Shown here piece by piece: positions 46,846 to 56,500 of a stretch of DNA of 64,000 bases (the first letter of the stretch is position 1; the number at the start of each line of letters is the position of its first letter). Below the pieces are notes generated by a model. The model was not told where the DNA came from, did not search any database, and saw nothing but the letters and a program-made list of their open reading frames with translations. Position numbers and translations under genes: made by a program. This DNA is from an uncultured Gemmatimonadales bacterium (GTDB lineage: Bacteria > Gemmatimonadota > Gemmatimonadetes > Gemmatimonadales > Gemmatimonadaceae): positions 64,001 through 128,000 of the forward strand of contig CAWKNZ010000007.1 in assembly GCA_963851265.1 (NCBI GenBank), in the 5' to 3' direction.

Positions 46846-47562
46846 TCATCGGACGTCCTTCACGCGAATCCGCGCCGCGACCGCCGCATAGCGGCGCCGG
46901 CCGTCCAGTTGCAGCGCGCCGACGCCGCCGACCAGCACCACGAGCACGGCGATCGCGCCCCATGCGCGCCGTTCGATCGCCTGGTACGCGAGACCATGCA
47001 CGGCGACGAGTACGGCGGCCGCGTACGTCCATCGCTGCACTCGCTTCCACCGCGCCGCACCCAAGGCGCGCAACGCGCGGTCGTTCGAAACGATCGTCAG
47101 GAGCACCAACAGCACCGCAGCGACCAGCCCCGTGTCGTTGGCCGCGCCGAACGCGTCCACGCGCGGTGACAGAGCGTTGGTCACGTCGGCGCGATGCATG
47201 AAGTACGCGACGATGTCGCCCTTGAGGTGCACGCGGAGCCCGACGACCGTATGCACGACCCCGAAGACCGCGCTCCAGATCCCGACGTCGCGCCGCTGGT
47301 CGGTGCTCGTCGGAGGGCGACGTCCGCGCCGTACGGACCACGGGCCGAGTACCAACGCCCAGGCGAGCAGCAGCGTGCTCGTGTAGGCCGTCGCGACGCT
47401 CACGCGGTGCACGAGCGCCGGGTCGCCAGCGCCGCACGCATAGGCCAGCGCGGTCACGCCTGCCGCGACCGCGAGGACGCGCGCGTTGTGGCGTAGCCGT
47501 GCGCCCCAGTACCGCGAGCGGCCATTCACGCCAACCATCGCGCGGCGTGGGGGCGGTACCAT
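46846..47562 (-). CDS. Ferric reductase-like transmembrane protein (MsrQ/YedZ-like)
   Basis: RRDVGIW...H, SND.A.R.LG..RWKRVQRWTY......H; about 6 TMs; start uncertain (47538-47613). Confidence 0.78.
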   Translation of the reverse strand: MVPPPRRAMVGVNGRSRYWGARLRHNARVLAVAAGVTALAYACGAGDPALVHRVSVATAYTSTLLLAWALVLGPWSVRRGRRPPTSTDQRRDVGIWSAVFGVVHTVVGLRVHLKGDIVAYFMHRADVTNALSPRVDAFGAANDTGLVAAVLLVLLTIVSNDRALRALGAARWKRVQRWTYAAAVLVAVHGLAYQAIERRAWGAIAVLVVLVGGVGALQLDGRRRYAAVAARIRVKDVR

Positions 47563-47782
47563 TCGGACTGCCGCAAGACCGTCATACGGCCGCGGGACGG
47601 GGGAGGTCACCACGTCGAGACTCGGTGCCGGGTGGGAGAACTTCAGGAGGTCGACGCGGCCGGCTGCCGCCGGCCGCGTCGTGGGGGACAGCGAGGCGAG
47701 ATCGCGCGGGGGAGGTGCGGGGGGCGCGACTGTGGGACCGATTGCGCAAGAGGCATGCTGTGCGGCGCGCTTCGGAGCGCGC

Positions 47783-47813
47783 GTCTAACCGACCAGCTTG
47801 CACCAGCTTACGC
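47783..47813 (-). promoter_or_regulatory. Recurrent motif copy 4 (CGTAAG-N17-GTTAG)
   Basis: Plus strand GTCTAAC-N18-TTACGC upstream of the msrQ-like/rfbF operon. Confidence 0.45.
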
Positions 47814-47956
47814 GTTCTGCCGTGGACAGGTCGCGTTTGAACTTCCGGATCGGGTGTAAGCATCCGACCACAACTTGTCGGCTCGGTACTGACAAGTCGC
47901 GCCGCGCGTCTTGCTGTCGGTGACGACCGCCGGCGCGTTCATCATACGAGCGGGCG

Positions 47957-49039
47957 TCAGCGTGACATCGGAATCGCCGCCGCGTTCGGTACACCGCGAC
48001 GCCGCACGACGAAGCGCCACACCCCGTGCAGGTAGCCGATGCCGTACGCGACGTGCATGACCGCGAAACACGCGCCGAGGCGGAGCCCGACGCTCATCCC
48101 TGCGCGACGCGCCTCGGCGAGCGCTGCGGCCAGGGCGGAGATCGCATATGTACCGGCGATCGCCGCCGCGCACGTTGCTGCGGTAGCGCTCACCGGTGCG
48201 AGCAGGAGCGAGACGCCGAGTGCGGTCACGAACGCCGGTGGCACCACCTGCCGGAGGGTCGGAATGTGCCCGAGCTTTCGCGCCGCGAGCGGCTTGTAGT
48301 GGCCGTACTGATACATCATTCGCGCGAGCTGTCGATAGGTGCTGCGGGCCACGTACGTCGTCACCACTCCTGGCACGAGCAACACGCGACCGCCCGCGCG
48401 GCGCAGCCGATGATTGAACTCGTCGTCCTGATTGCGCACGAGTTCCTCGTCGAACCCGCCGATGCGTGCGAATACCTCCCGCGGCCAGCAACCGAACGGC
48501 ACGGTGTCCACCTCCCGCGCATCCGCCTTTCGAGGATTGATCCGGAACTGAGAATTGCCGACGCCGAGTGGATGCGAGAGTGCGACGGCGATGGCACGCG
48601 CCTGCGCGCCGGGACCGCCCGGCACGGTGCGGCACACGCCGCCAACGTTGTCGGCCCCGGAGCGTACGAGCCAACCGACGAGCGCCCGGACGTAGTCGGG
48701 CGGATACTGGCTGTGCGCGTCGACGCGGACGATTACGCCGCCGCGCGCGGCCCGCAGGCCGATGTTGAGCGCCGTCGGCGTTAGCCGCCTCGGGTTGTCG
48801 AGCACGCGCACGCGCGCGTCGCGCGCCGCGAGTTCGTTCAGACGCTCGCGCGTACCGTCGTCGCTCTGTCCGTCGACCACGAGCACCTCCAGCCGGTCGG
48901 CCGGGTAGTCGCCCGCCAGCACCGACTCGAGGCAGGGCCCGATCTCCGTGCGCTCGTTCCGACAGGGGACGATGATCGACACGAACGGCGGCCGTGCCAC
49001 CGCGCCGACGCCCGGGGTGGGGAGCGAAGGGACGGTCAT
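47957..49039 (-). CDS. GT2 glycosyltransferase (ExoA-like)
   Basis: SIIVPCRNE, DGQSDDGT, RVDAH, VDTVPFG, GGFDEELVRNQDDEFN. Confidence 0.92.
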   Translation of the reverse strand: MTVPSLPTPGVGAVARPPFVSIIVPCRNERTEIGPCLESVLAGDYPADRLEVLVVDGQSDDGTRERLNELAARDARVRVLDNPRRLTPTALNIGLRAARGGVIVRVDAHSQYPPDYVRALVGWLVRSGADNVGGVCRTVPGGPGAQARAIAVALSHPLGVGNSQFRINPRKADAREVDTVPFGCWPREVFARIGGFDEELVRNQDDEFNHRLRRAGGRVLLVPGVVTTYVARSTYRQLARMMYQYGHYKPLAARKLGHIPTLRQVVPPAFVTALGVSLLLAPVSATAATCAAAIAGTYAISALAAALAEARRAGMSVGLRLGACFAVMHVAYGIGYLHGVWRFVVRRRGVPNAAAIPMSR

Positions 49040-50493
49040 CAGACGCTCCCGTGGGTGGCCAGTTGCGACCGATCTGCCGCGGAGAGCGCGCACACGACCG
49101 CGCGGAATTTCCCGTTCCGCGCCCGCGGGACCGCGCCCACGGCTTCGAGCACCACATCGACGTCGCCCATGCGCTCGCGGAGCCGCGCGGCTATGGTCAC
49201 GCCGTCGGCCGCCGAGTAGCCCGCCGTCGGGACGTAGCGCACGCGCACCCGGTCGAGTGTTTCCTGCACGATCTGCGCTTCCTGAACGCCGAGTCCCGAC
49301 TTGAAGACCGAATCGAGGCGCCCGACGGTTCGCCCGTCGCGCGTGTACAGCACGTCGTCCGTGCGGCCCTCGACGCTCGCGAGCACCGGAAGCCCGCGTC
49401 CGCAGGGGCACGTTGCGCCGATTGGCACGGCGTTCCTCGGTGGCGTACTCGCCGGCGCGAGCGTGACGCGATCTCCCACGCGGTACCGGATGAGAGGCAT
49501 GTCGGCGTTGAGCAGGCTCGTACACACCAGCTCACCCGCCACACCGGGCGGCGACGCGCGTCCTGCATGATCGAGCACCTCGCTGCAGCCGGCCTCGGGC
49601 CACAGGTGCAAGCGGCCGTGATCACACTCGCTCGCGGCAGCGACCGCTTCAGCCTGGCCGTAGGTCTCGCGCACCGGGCCGCCAAACGCTGCCGCAATCG
49701 CCTCACGCTGGTTCGCGAGCAGCGGCTCGGCGTTCGCCACCGTGACCCGAAGCGCGGGCGCGGCGATCCCGGCGGCAAGTATCTCGCGGGCGAGGGCGTG
49801 CAGCGCCGATGGATAGCCAAGCGCGTACACCACGCCGGAGCGCGCGAGCGCCGCCGCGTACGCACCGACGTGGCGCGGCGCGATGTGGTACGCCGAAAGG
49901 TAGAGCTGGCGCAGGGCGGCGTTCCACACCCAGAACGGCGGCGCCTGCTGCGAGGCGGGGACGACGAGTTGACCCCCGACGATCGCCCAACGGTCGCGGC
50001 GGGTCACACCGTACCACGCGCGCGCGCGCGCTTCGTGGAGCGCGTACCAGCGGCGCACGACGTCGCGCGTGAACCACAGGTCGAGCGACGTACCCGTCGT
50101 GCCACTGGTGTGGTCGTGGAACATGCGCCCGATCGTGCGATCATCGGCCACGAACGCCGCGGGCGCGCGGCGCAGCGCGTCTTTTTCCAGGACCGGCCAG
50201 TGTGCGAGCACGTCCCACGCCGCCCGGTCTCCGGCGCGGCGCCGTTCTGCCCATAGCGCCCGATAATACGGGACGCGCGTCGCAGCGCGCTCGAGCACGA
50301 AGGCGAGTCGCTCCTGCTGCCAGGACGTCCACTGCGCCGGGGACCACCGATCGCGGTCGAGCGCCTCGTCTCGCAGACGGTCTGCGCCGGGCCCATACCG
50401 CCATCCGCGCAAATACCCACCGCGAGCGGTCGCGACCGCCGAACGGAGCACGGGCGGCAGCGCGTGGTAGCGGCGCAACAACGCGTCACGCAT
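49039..50493 (-). CDS. Phenylacetate-CoA ligase family adenylating enzyme (CapK-like)
   Basis: TSGTTG, GYPS, ETYG, PLIRYRVGD, GRTDD, NGKFR. Confidence 0.9.
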   Translation of the reverse strand: MRDALLRRYHALPPVLRSAVATARGGYLRGWRYGPGADRLRDEALDRDRWSPAQWTSWQQERLAFVLERAATRVPYYRALWAERRRAGDRAAWDVLAHWPVLEKDALRRAPAAFVADDRTIGRMFHDHTSGTTGTSLDLWFTRDVVRRWYALHEARARAWYGVTRRDRWAIVGGQLVVPASQQAPPFWVWNAALRQLYLSAYHIAPRHVGAYAAALARSGVVYALGYPSALHALAREILAAGIAAPALRVTVANAEPLLANQREAIAAAFGGPVRETYGQAEAVAAASECDHGRLHLWPEAGCSEVLDHAGRASPPGVAGELVCTSLLNADMPLIRYRVGDRVTLAPASTPPRNAVPIGATCPCGRGLPVLASVEGRTDDVLYTRDGRTVGRLDSVFKSGLGVQEAQIVQETLDRVRVRYVPTAGYSAADGVTIAARLRERMGDVDVVLEAVGAVPRARNGKFRAVVCALSAADRSQLATHGSV

Positions 50494-50932
50494 GCGTCCA
50501 ACACCCGTTCGCTGTAGCAGAACCGGTGCACCAAGGGCACACGTCGGTCGTGCCGTGCATCACGTCGATCGTGAGCCCCGTATGCAGCGCAGTGATCGTG
50601 ACGCCCTCGGCCGCAGCACCTACACCGAAAGAGACAAGCGATCTGCGACGCATCGATATGCAGTGATCGGTATCACGACGGCAACAATACCCGCATCGCT
50701 TGGTTTCCCCGGTCCGACGGCGGCGCGGGGTCTGGTCGTGACACCCCGCGTGGCTGACGCGTCTCTTCGCGTCACCAGCACCGGCCCTACGACGGCCGGC
50801 CCCCACGGAACACCACCGTGGCGCACCCCTCGATAGGGGCGGCCGCATCACGACGAGACGACGGTCCTGTGCGATTCTGCGTCGGGCCCGCCCCGTCGAT
50901 ACGCCTAACGGTTTACAAGGACGTTCTGTAAC

Positions 50933-52513
50933 ATGAAGTGCATGCTTCCCGCTTTCGCCTGCCTGGCTCTCGTTACACTCGCCTGCGCCGACCATCCGCT
51001 CGCCCCGGCCACCAGCGTCCAAGCAAGCCATGGGCTGAAGGGTGCCGCGCTGACGCCCTCGACGGCTCGCGCGTTCTACGCCGCCCCGGGCGGATCGAGC
51101 ACCGGTGACGGGTCTGCGAGCCAGCCCTGGGACCTCGCCACCGCGCTCGCGCAGCCGCGAAGCGTCGCCCCCGGCGACACGCTGTGGGTGCGCGGCGGCA
51201 CGTACCGTGGCGACGTGACGAGCAACCTCACCGGCACCACCGAGAAGCCGATCATCGTGCGCCAGGCCCCCGGCGAGCGGGCCACAATCGACGGCAAGTT
51301 CTCGGTCGCGGGCAGCTATACGTGGTACTGGGGCCTCGAGTTCACCTACTCGGACACCAAGCGCGTGAGTGCGATCGAAGGGTCCGATCCCGCCGACCTG
51401 CCGCGGCAGGACAAGACCGTATTCGTCACGGGTCCGTTCAACAAGATCATCAACTGTGTCGTCCACGACATGGGAGACGGCCTGTTCTCCGGAATGAGCG
51501 CGGAAGGCGTAGAAATCTACGGAAGCCTTTTCTACAATAACGGTTGGATCGCGCCCAACCAGCCGAACGGGCACAACATCTACCTGCAGAACTCCGGAGC
51601 GACCAAACTCGTCGCCGACAACGCGGTGTTCAACTCGTTCGCATACGGGGTGCAGCTTTACGGGAGCGAAGCCGCGACCATCTACAATATCCGGCTCGAA
51701 GGCAACAGCATCTTCAACAGCGGGGGCGGCGCGTCGTCCCAATTCGGTCCCTCGCCGAACATCCTGATGCGCGGCGGTGACGGCCGGTTCGGACGCTCGG
51801 TGATCACCGGCAACAGCCTGTACCAGCGAAACGGCGTGGCGAGCGCGGTCGAACTCGGCTCCGCCGGCGGCACGCCCGGCTCGGACATTGAGTTCAGCAA
51901 CAACAACGTGCAGGGACAGGCGTTGTTCGACGAGATGTACGGATACCGCGTGACCGGAAACCGCTTCACCTCCGGTACGACCCCGCTGACGAACGGGGCG
52001 GTGCTCGTCGGGCTTCGGCTGCCGCCGGGTTCCGGATTCGACATCCACCAGTGGACCGGTAACCAATATTCGGCCGCGGCGACCGGCTCGCAGGAGGCGT
52101 TCTACACGCTCGTCCCGTCCGCCGATACGCGCACGTTCGCGAGTTGGCGGCAGGTGACGGGCTACGACGGCGCGGGAAGTAGCTACACCACCGGGGCGCT
52201 TCCGGCGTCCACCCGCGACGTCGTCGTGCGCCCCAACCGGTACGAACCCGGCCGCGCCATGGTGACCGTGTGGAACGCGCGCAATGCCGCGACCGCCTCG
52301 GTCGATCTCAGCCAGGTGCTGAAGGCCGGAGACCGGTATCAGGTGCTCCACGTGTACAACATCTTCGGTACGCCGGTCACTACCGGCACGTACGGCGGCG
52401 GAAGTGTCCAGATCCCCCTTCCCGCGCTGCGTGCTCCGGCGCCGCTCGGCCTCCCCGCGTCCACCGCGCCGGCCAGCCGCGCCTTCAACGTCTTCATCGT
52501 CCGACGGATGTGA
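50933..52513 (+). CDS. Secreted lipoprotein with right-handed beta-helix (pectate lyase-like) domain
   Basis: Lipobox VTLAC, FYAAPGGSSTGDGSASQPW, PGDTLWVRGGTY, GHNIYLQN, Asn-rich repeats. Confidence 0.8.
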   Translation: MKCMLPAFACLALVTLACADHPLAPATSVQASHGLKGAALTPSTARAFYAAPGGSSTGDGSASQPWDLATALAQPRSVAPGDTLWVRGGTYRGDVTSNLTGTTEKPIIVRQAPGERATIDGKFSVAGSYTWYWGLEFTYSDTKRVSAIEGSDPADLPRQDKTVFVTGPFNKIINCVVHDMGDGLFSGMSAEGVEIYGSLFYNNGWIAPNQPNGHNIYLQNSGATKLVADNAVFNSFAYGVQLYGSEAATIYNIRLEGNSIFNSGGGASSQFGPSPNILMRGGDGRFGRSVITGNSLYQRNGVASAVELGSAGGTPGSDIEFSNNNVQGQALFDEMYGYRVTGNRFTSGTTPLTNGAVLVGLRLPPGSGFDIHQWTGNQYSAAATGSQEAFYTLVPSADTRTFASWRQVTGYDGAGSSYTTGALPASTRDVVVRPNRYEPGRAMVTVWNARNAATASVDLSQVLKAGDRYQVLHVYNIFGTPVTTGTYGGGSVQIPLPALRAPAPLGLPASTAPASRAFNVFIVRRM

Positions 52514-52521
52514 TCCGGCCG

Positions 52522-52557
52522 CGAGGACGGGACGCGCCGCGGCGCGTCCCGTCCTCG
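52522..52557. terminator. Perfect 36-bp palindrome between convergent genes, likely bidirectional terminator
   Basis: cgaggacgggacgcgccg/cggcgcgtcccgtcctcg is its own reverse complement. Confidence 0.7.
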
Positions 52558-52603
52558 GAGATCCGGGGCGTCCAGCGCGGTACGATTCGACGCGTCGGCG
52601 CAC

Positions 52604-54046
52604 TCAGCCCGCCCTCGGATCGGGCGTGACGTCGGTCGCCTCAGCGGGCGGCGCGTCGTATCCGCGAAGCTGACCGAGGGCGAACACGAACGGGAGTACG
52701 GCGACGCGCATCCCGACGTGCCCCATCGAGAACAGCACCCATGTCAACCAGAGGGCGCGGAGGCCGCGCTCGGGCGCATTCTGCATCTGCAGCAGTGCCG
52801 TGAGCGCCATGCCGAGCAGGGCGAGTACCGCGATCGCGCCGAAGGTGCCGTGCTCGCTCAGGAGTCGCGTGTACTCGGTGTGGGCCACCTTCGAATCGGT
52901 CCGCCGCTCGCGATACGCGCCGCCCGGACCGAGCCCGAGGATCGGGTGTTCACCCCACAGGCGCCAGTCCTCCGCCATGATCTCGTCGCGGTGGCTGCTC
53001 GTCGTCTCCGAAAATCGCGCGTCGAGTGCACCACCGGTGAACGCGTTCAATCGTGGCAGCACGACGGCCGCGAAGAGCGCGGCGATGACGACGATACCGA
53101 CGGTGAAGGCCCGGCGCGTCGCCCGCGCCCGGAGCATGAACGGCGTGGCCGCGATCACCGCGGCGCCGAGGCTGTACAGCCCCCCGCGTGAGAAGGTCAT
53201 CACCGATTGGGTTAGGCACAGCATCGCCACCGCGCCCAGCGCGCCCCGCTCGAGTTTCGGGGCGCTCGCGTCCAGCAGTCGGGGCAGGCAGTACAACACG
53301 CCGAGTCCCAGCACGACCGAGACCTGATTGGGTCCGTACCCGCCGCTCGTCGCGAAATTGGACTCCTCCGTAAAGGCGAGTTGTGCCGTCGAGTACGTGG
53401 TGAACACGGTCACGGCCGCAATCCCGAGCACCGGCGCGAGCCCGACGAACAACACCCGCTGGAACTCGGCGCGCGTGAGCGAGAGGACTGAGGCGTACCA
53501 GGCTGCCGCGCCAAGCGCGAGAGGCGGAACGAGGTTGAAGCCGAACATGATCATGAACTCGCGCGTCGTGTACGTGCCGTCGCTGGCCGGCACGAGCAAC
53601 GACGGTAGCAGCGCGACGAGGAACACGAACGGCAGCAGGCGCATGCGGAAGGCGTCGCGCGACCGCACGAGTCCCGCGATCGCGAGCAGCAGCACTTCGT
53701 ACTTCGCCGATTCCCACGGCGCGCGCCCGTCGGACATTCTCCAGAGCACCTCGGCACTCGCGGCGTACGCGGCGACGCACAGCAGCGTTACCGGACGCGC
53801 CGCGATCATCGCGACCGCGCCCACCAAGAGGATCGCCACGCCGTAGATGGTCGCCAGCACGGCCGACCGGTGGACGAGTAGCCCGAGGGGAACGTGGAGC
53901 CCGAGTAGCAGGCCGCCGACGATCCAGCCGGGGAGTGTGCCATCGCGACCGGTGCCGGTCACCCGCGCCGGCGACGGACGCGTTCCCCACGCGCCAGCCC
54001 GTGCCGGCGCCGCCGTTTGCAAACGCCGCTCAGAGAGTTGGTCCAT
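52604..54046 (-). CDS. O-antigen ligase/polymerase family membrane protein (Wzy_C)
   Basis: About 11 TMs; GPNQ, TFSRGG, R...W..HPILGLGPG, AHTEYTRLLSEHG. Confidence 0.85.
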   Translation of the reverse strand: MDQLSERRLQTAAPARAGAWGTRPSPARVTGTGRDGTLPGWIVGGLLLGLHVPLGLLVHRSAVLATIYGVAILLVGAVAMIAARPVTLLCVAAYAASAEVLWRMSDGRAPWESAKYEVLLLAIAGLVRSRDAFRMRLLPFVFLVALLPSLLVPASDGTYTTREFMIMFGFNLVPPLALGAAAWYASVLSLTRAEFQRVLFVGLAPVLGIAAVTVFTTYSTAQLAFTEESNFATSGGYGPNQVSVVLGLGVLYCLPRLLDASAPKLERGALGAVAMLCLTQSVMTFSRGGLYSLGAAVIAATPFMLRARATRRAFTVGIVVIAALFAAVVLPRLNAFTGGALDARFSETTSSHRDEIMAEDWRLWGEHPILGLGPGGAYRERRTDSKVAHTEYTRLLSEHGTFGAIAVLALLGMALTALLQMQNAPERGLRALWLTWVLFSMGHVGMRVAVLPFVFALGQLRGYDAPPAEATDVTPDPRAG

Positions 54047-55187
54047 CGAACGCGCCGAGAGGTTGGGGCATGGGCGGCACGGTGCCGACGGGGGTGAGCG
54101 CGGCCGCGTACAGGTGGCGCAACCGGTCGGCCAGTTGGGGGAGGGCGTACCCGACCTCGATCACCCGCCGGCCGCTCTCCCCGAATCGGCGCCGGAGGGC
54201 GCCGTCGGCGGCGAGGGCGAGCACCCCCGCAATCAGCGCGGGCTCGTCGCCGCGCGGCACGACGAAACCCGTTGCGCCGTGCGTAACCAGGCGGGCGACG
54301 TCGCCCACGTGTGTGGCGACCACGGGAAGCGACGCGGCCATCGCCTCGAGGACCACGTTCGGTGTGCCTTCCGAGTCGGAGGTCAGCACGAGCAGGGACG
54401 CCCGGCGGTACCAGGGCGCGAGGTCGGCCTGGGCGCCGTGGAACTCCACCGCTCCGGGTAGCAGTCCGAGCGCGCTCGCCTGCCGCTCGAGCGACGCGCG
54501 CTCAGGGCCATCCCCGACGACGTCGCCGACGACGGCGTCGCCCAACGTCTGCCGCGCCCCGGCGAGAACGCGCAGAAACCGATCGCCACGCTTTTCCGAG
54601 CTCAGACGTCCCGCCAGCAGCAGCCGGATTGGCCGTTCCCCGATGCGAGGCGGCGTCGTGAACTGGGGGACGTCGACGGCGTTGGGCAGCAGCCACAGTC
54701 GCGCCCGGGGTACGCCGAACGTCGCCGCCGCCTCGATCGCCCGTGTGGAGTTGGCCGCGAGCAGTCGGGGCGCGCGCAGGCTCGCCATGCCGAGTGGGGC
54801 GGGGAGCCCGGCGACCTCGCGCATGACGTCACCGCGCATCGCGCCGATGTCCGGCACCCCGAGAATGCGTCCCGCGGCGCTCCCGTACAGGTTGACGTAG
54901 AAGTGCTGGCTCTGCACCACGTCGGCCGGATCGGCCCGAAGGTCGGCCACCACGCGCGCGAGCCGCTGCAGCCGCGAACCGGAACGCCCCACATATCGCA
55001 CCGGGACGTCGAGCGCGCGGATGCGCGCTTCCCAGAACTCGTGTTGAGTCAGGCACAGTACACGCGGCCGTCCGTCATGTCCGCGGAGCGCGTCCAGCAT
55101 GTGATAGAGTTGCCGTTCGGCGCCGCCTTGCCCGAGTGTGCCGGCGATGAAGCACACGCGGCGCCCCGCGAGCGTGGCCGCCTGCAT
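54030..55187 (-). CDS. GT4 glycosyltransferase
   Basis: GGAERQ, PNAVD, GRLSSEK, EGTPNVVLEAMA. Confidence 0.92.
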   Translation of the reverse strand: MQAATLAGRRVCFIAGTLGQGGAERQLYHMLDALRGHDGRPRVLCLTQHEFWEARIRALDVPVRYVGRSGSRLQRLARVVADLRADPADVVQSQHFYVNLYGSAAGRILGVPDIGAMRGDVMREVAGLPAPLGMASLRAPRLLAANSTRAIEAAATFGVPRARLWLLPNAVDVPQFTTPPRIGERPIRLLLAGRLSSEKRGDRFLRVLAGARQTLGDAVVGDVVGDGPERASLERQASALGLLPGAVEFHGAQADLAPWYRRASLLVLTSDSEGTPNVVLEAMAASLPVVATHVGDVARLVTHGATGFVVPRGDEPALIAGVLALAADGALRRRFGESGRRVIEVGYALPQLADRLRHLYAAALTPVGTVPPMPQPLGAFDGPTL

Positions 55188-55234
55188 CGGCGTCCGACCC
55201 GCAGGCCCTGCGCGGCGCAAGACTGCGGCGCCGG

Positions 55235-56500
55235 TCACGCGTGTGCGCACGCCACTGAACGCTCGCCGAGCCATGCGTCGAGCGTGCGTGCGAGTTGGCC
55301 GTAGGTCGCATCAAAGTCGTAGCGCGCCGCGACCTGCGTGCGCGCTGCGGCGCTCTGCTCGGCGGCGTACGCGGGGTCGCTGATCAAGGCAAGGACGTTC
55401 CGAGCGAGCGCCGCGTCGCTCACCCCGAGCAGCAGTCCTTGATTCTGCTCGAGCTCCATGCCGTACACCGCGTCCGGCGAGGCGCAGACGGGAACGCCCA
55501 ACGCCATCACTTCGATGAGGCGGCTGCGAAACCCGTACGTCCCCTCCCACGGGCACAGTACCGCGGTAGCGGTGCGCAGCACGGAGGCGACGTCGTCGAC
55601 GAACCCGGTCACGCGAACCCGCGGTCCCGCGAGCGCCAGAACGCGCGCCGGCGGCCGACTGCCCACTATCCAGAGCGCGGCGTCCGGCCGTGCGCGCCAG
55701 ACGTGCGGCATGATGCCGCGCGCGCAGCGCATGGCGGCGTCGGCGTTGTGCGACGACCCGAGCCCGCCGTAGCAGACGATGCGCGGTGGGGTAGCCGGCC
55801 GCCAATCGAAGGGCCAGCAGTCGAGCCGTATGCCCATGGGCGCGTAGAAAGTGGGTGCGCCTGAGCGGGCACGTGGGGCGGCGTACGCTCGCTCGGCCGC
55901 GTTGATTGCGATCAGCGCGTCGAAGCGGCGCCACGCGCGCTCCTCACGGTCGCGATAGCGCTCGACCGCCCACCGGCGGAGGGTGGGTGGGACGCCACGT
56001 ACCTCGGCCAGTTGCCTGGCGCGCGCATGCCAGAGCACGTCGTGCATGTCGAGCACCACCGGGACGCCGAGCGCGTGCACGGCAGCCGCAGCATCGTTGG
56101 CGTGCCAATACTCGAAGAGCACGACATCGAACGCCCCCGCGCGCACCACAGGCACCACGCGATCTGGCGGGAAGATGACGCGGTTGATCGCGTAGTTCGA
56201 GGCACGTTCCCCCGTACGCGCGCAATACGCAGCCGCACGCGCGGCCGCAAGAACGCGCCCGGCACGCCCGCGCGGGGCCGGTGTCGAGAGCAGCACGGCG
56301 TCGTCGCAGTGCGCGCGCAACGCGCCACGGAGCGTCTCCTCCTCGCCCCTCGCCGCGGGGGCGAGCATCGTGACGTGAAAGCGCGTGCGTAGCGCATCGA
56401 GTGTGAGGCGCACGCGCTGGCGCTGCCCGGCCTCGGCCGGAAACGGCAGGACGTGCGACACGACGAGCACGCGGCGCGGCTCAGCAGTCACCGGAGGCAC
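55235..56500 (-). CDS. GT4-like glycosyltransferase
   Basis: PFPAEAGQRQR, DMHDV, N.DA, VTGFVDD, LIEVMALGVP. Confidence 0.85.
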   Translation of the reverse strand: MPPVTAEPRRVLVVSHVLPFPAEAGQRQRVRLTLDALRTRFHVTMLAPAARGEEETLRGALRAHCDDAVLLSTPAPRGRAGRVLAAARAAAYCARTGERASNYAINRVIFPPDRVVPVVRAGAFDVVLFEYWHANDAAAAVHALGVPVVLDMHDVLWHARARQLAEVRGVPPTLRRWAVERYRDREERAWRRFDALIAINAAERAYAAPRARSGAPTFYAPMGIRLDCWPFDWRPATPPRIVCYGGLGSSHNADAAMRCARGIMPHVWRARPDAALWIVGSRPPARVLALAGPRVRVTGFVDDVASVLRTATAVLCPWEGTYGFRSRLIEVMALGVPVCASPDAVYGMELEQNQGLLLGVSDAALARNVLALISDPAYAAEQSAAARTQVAARYDFDATYGQLARTLDAWLGERSVACAHA

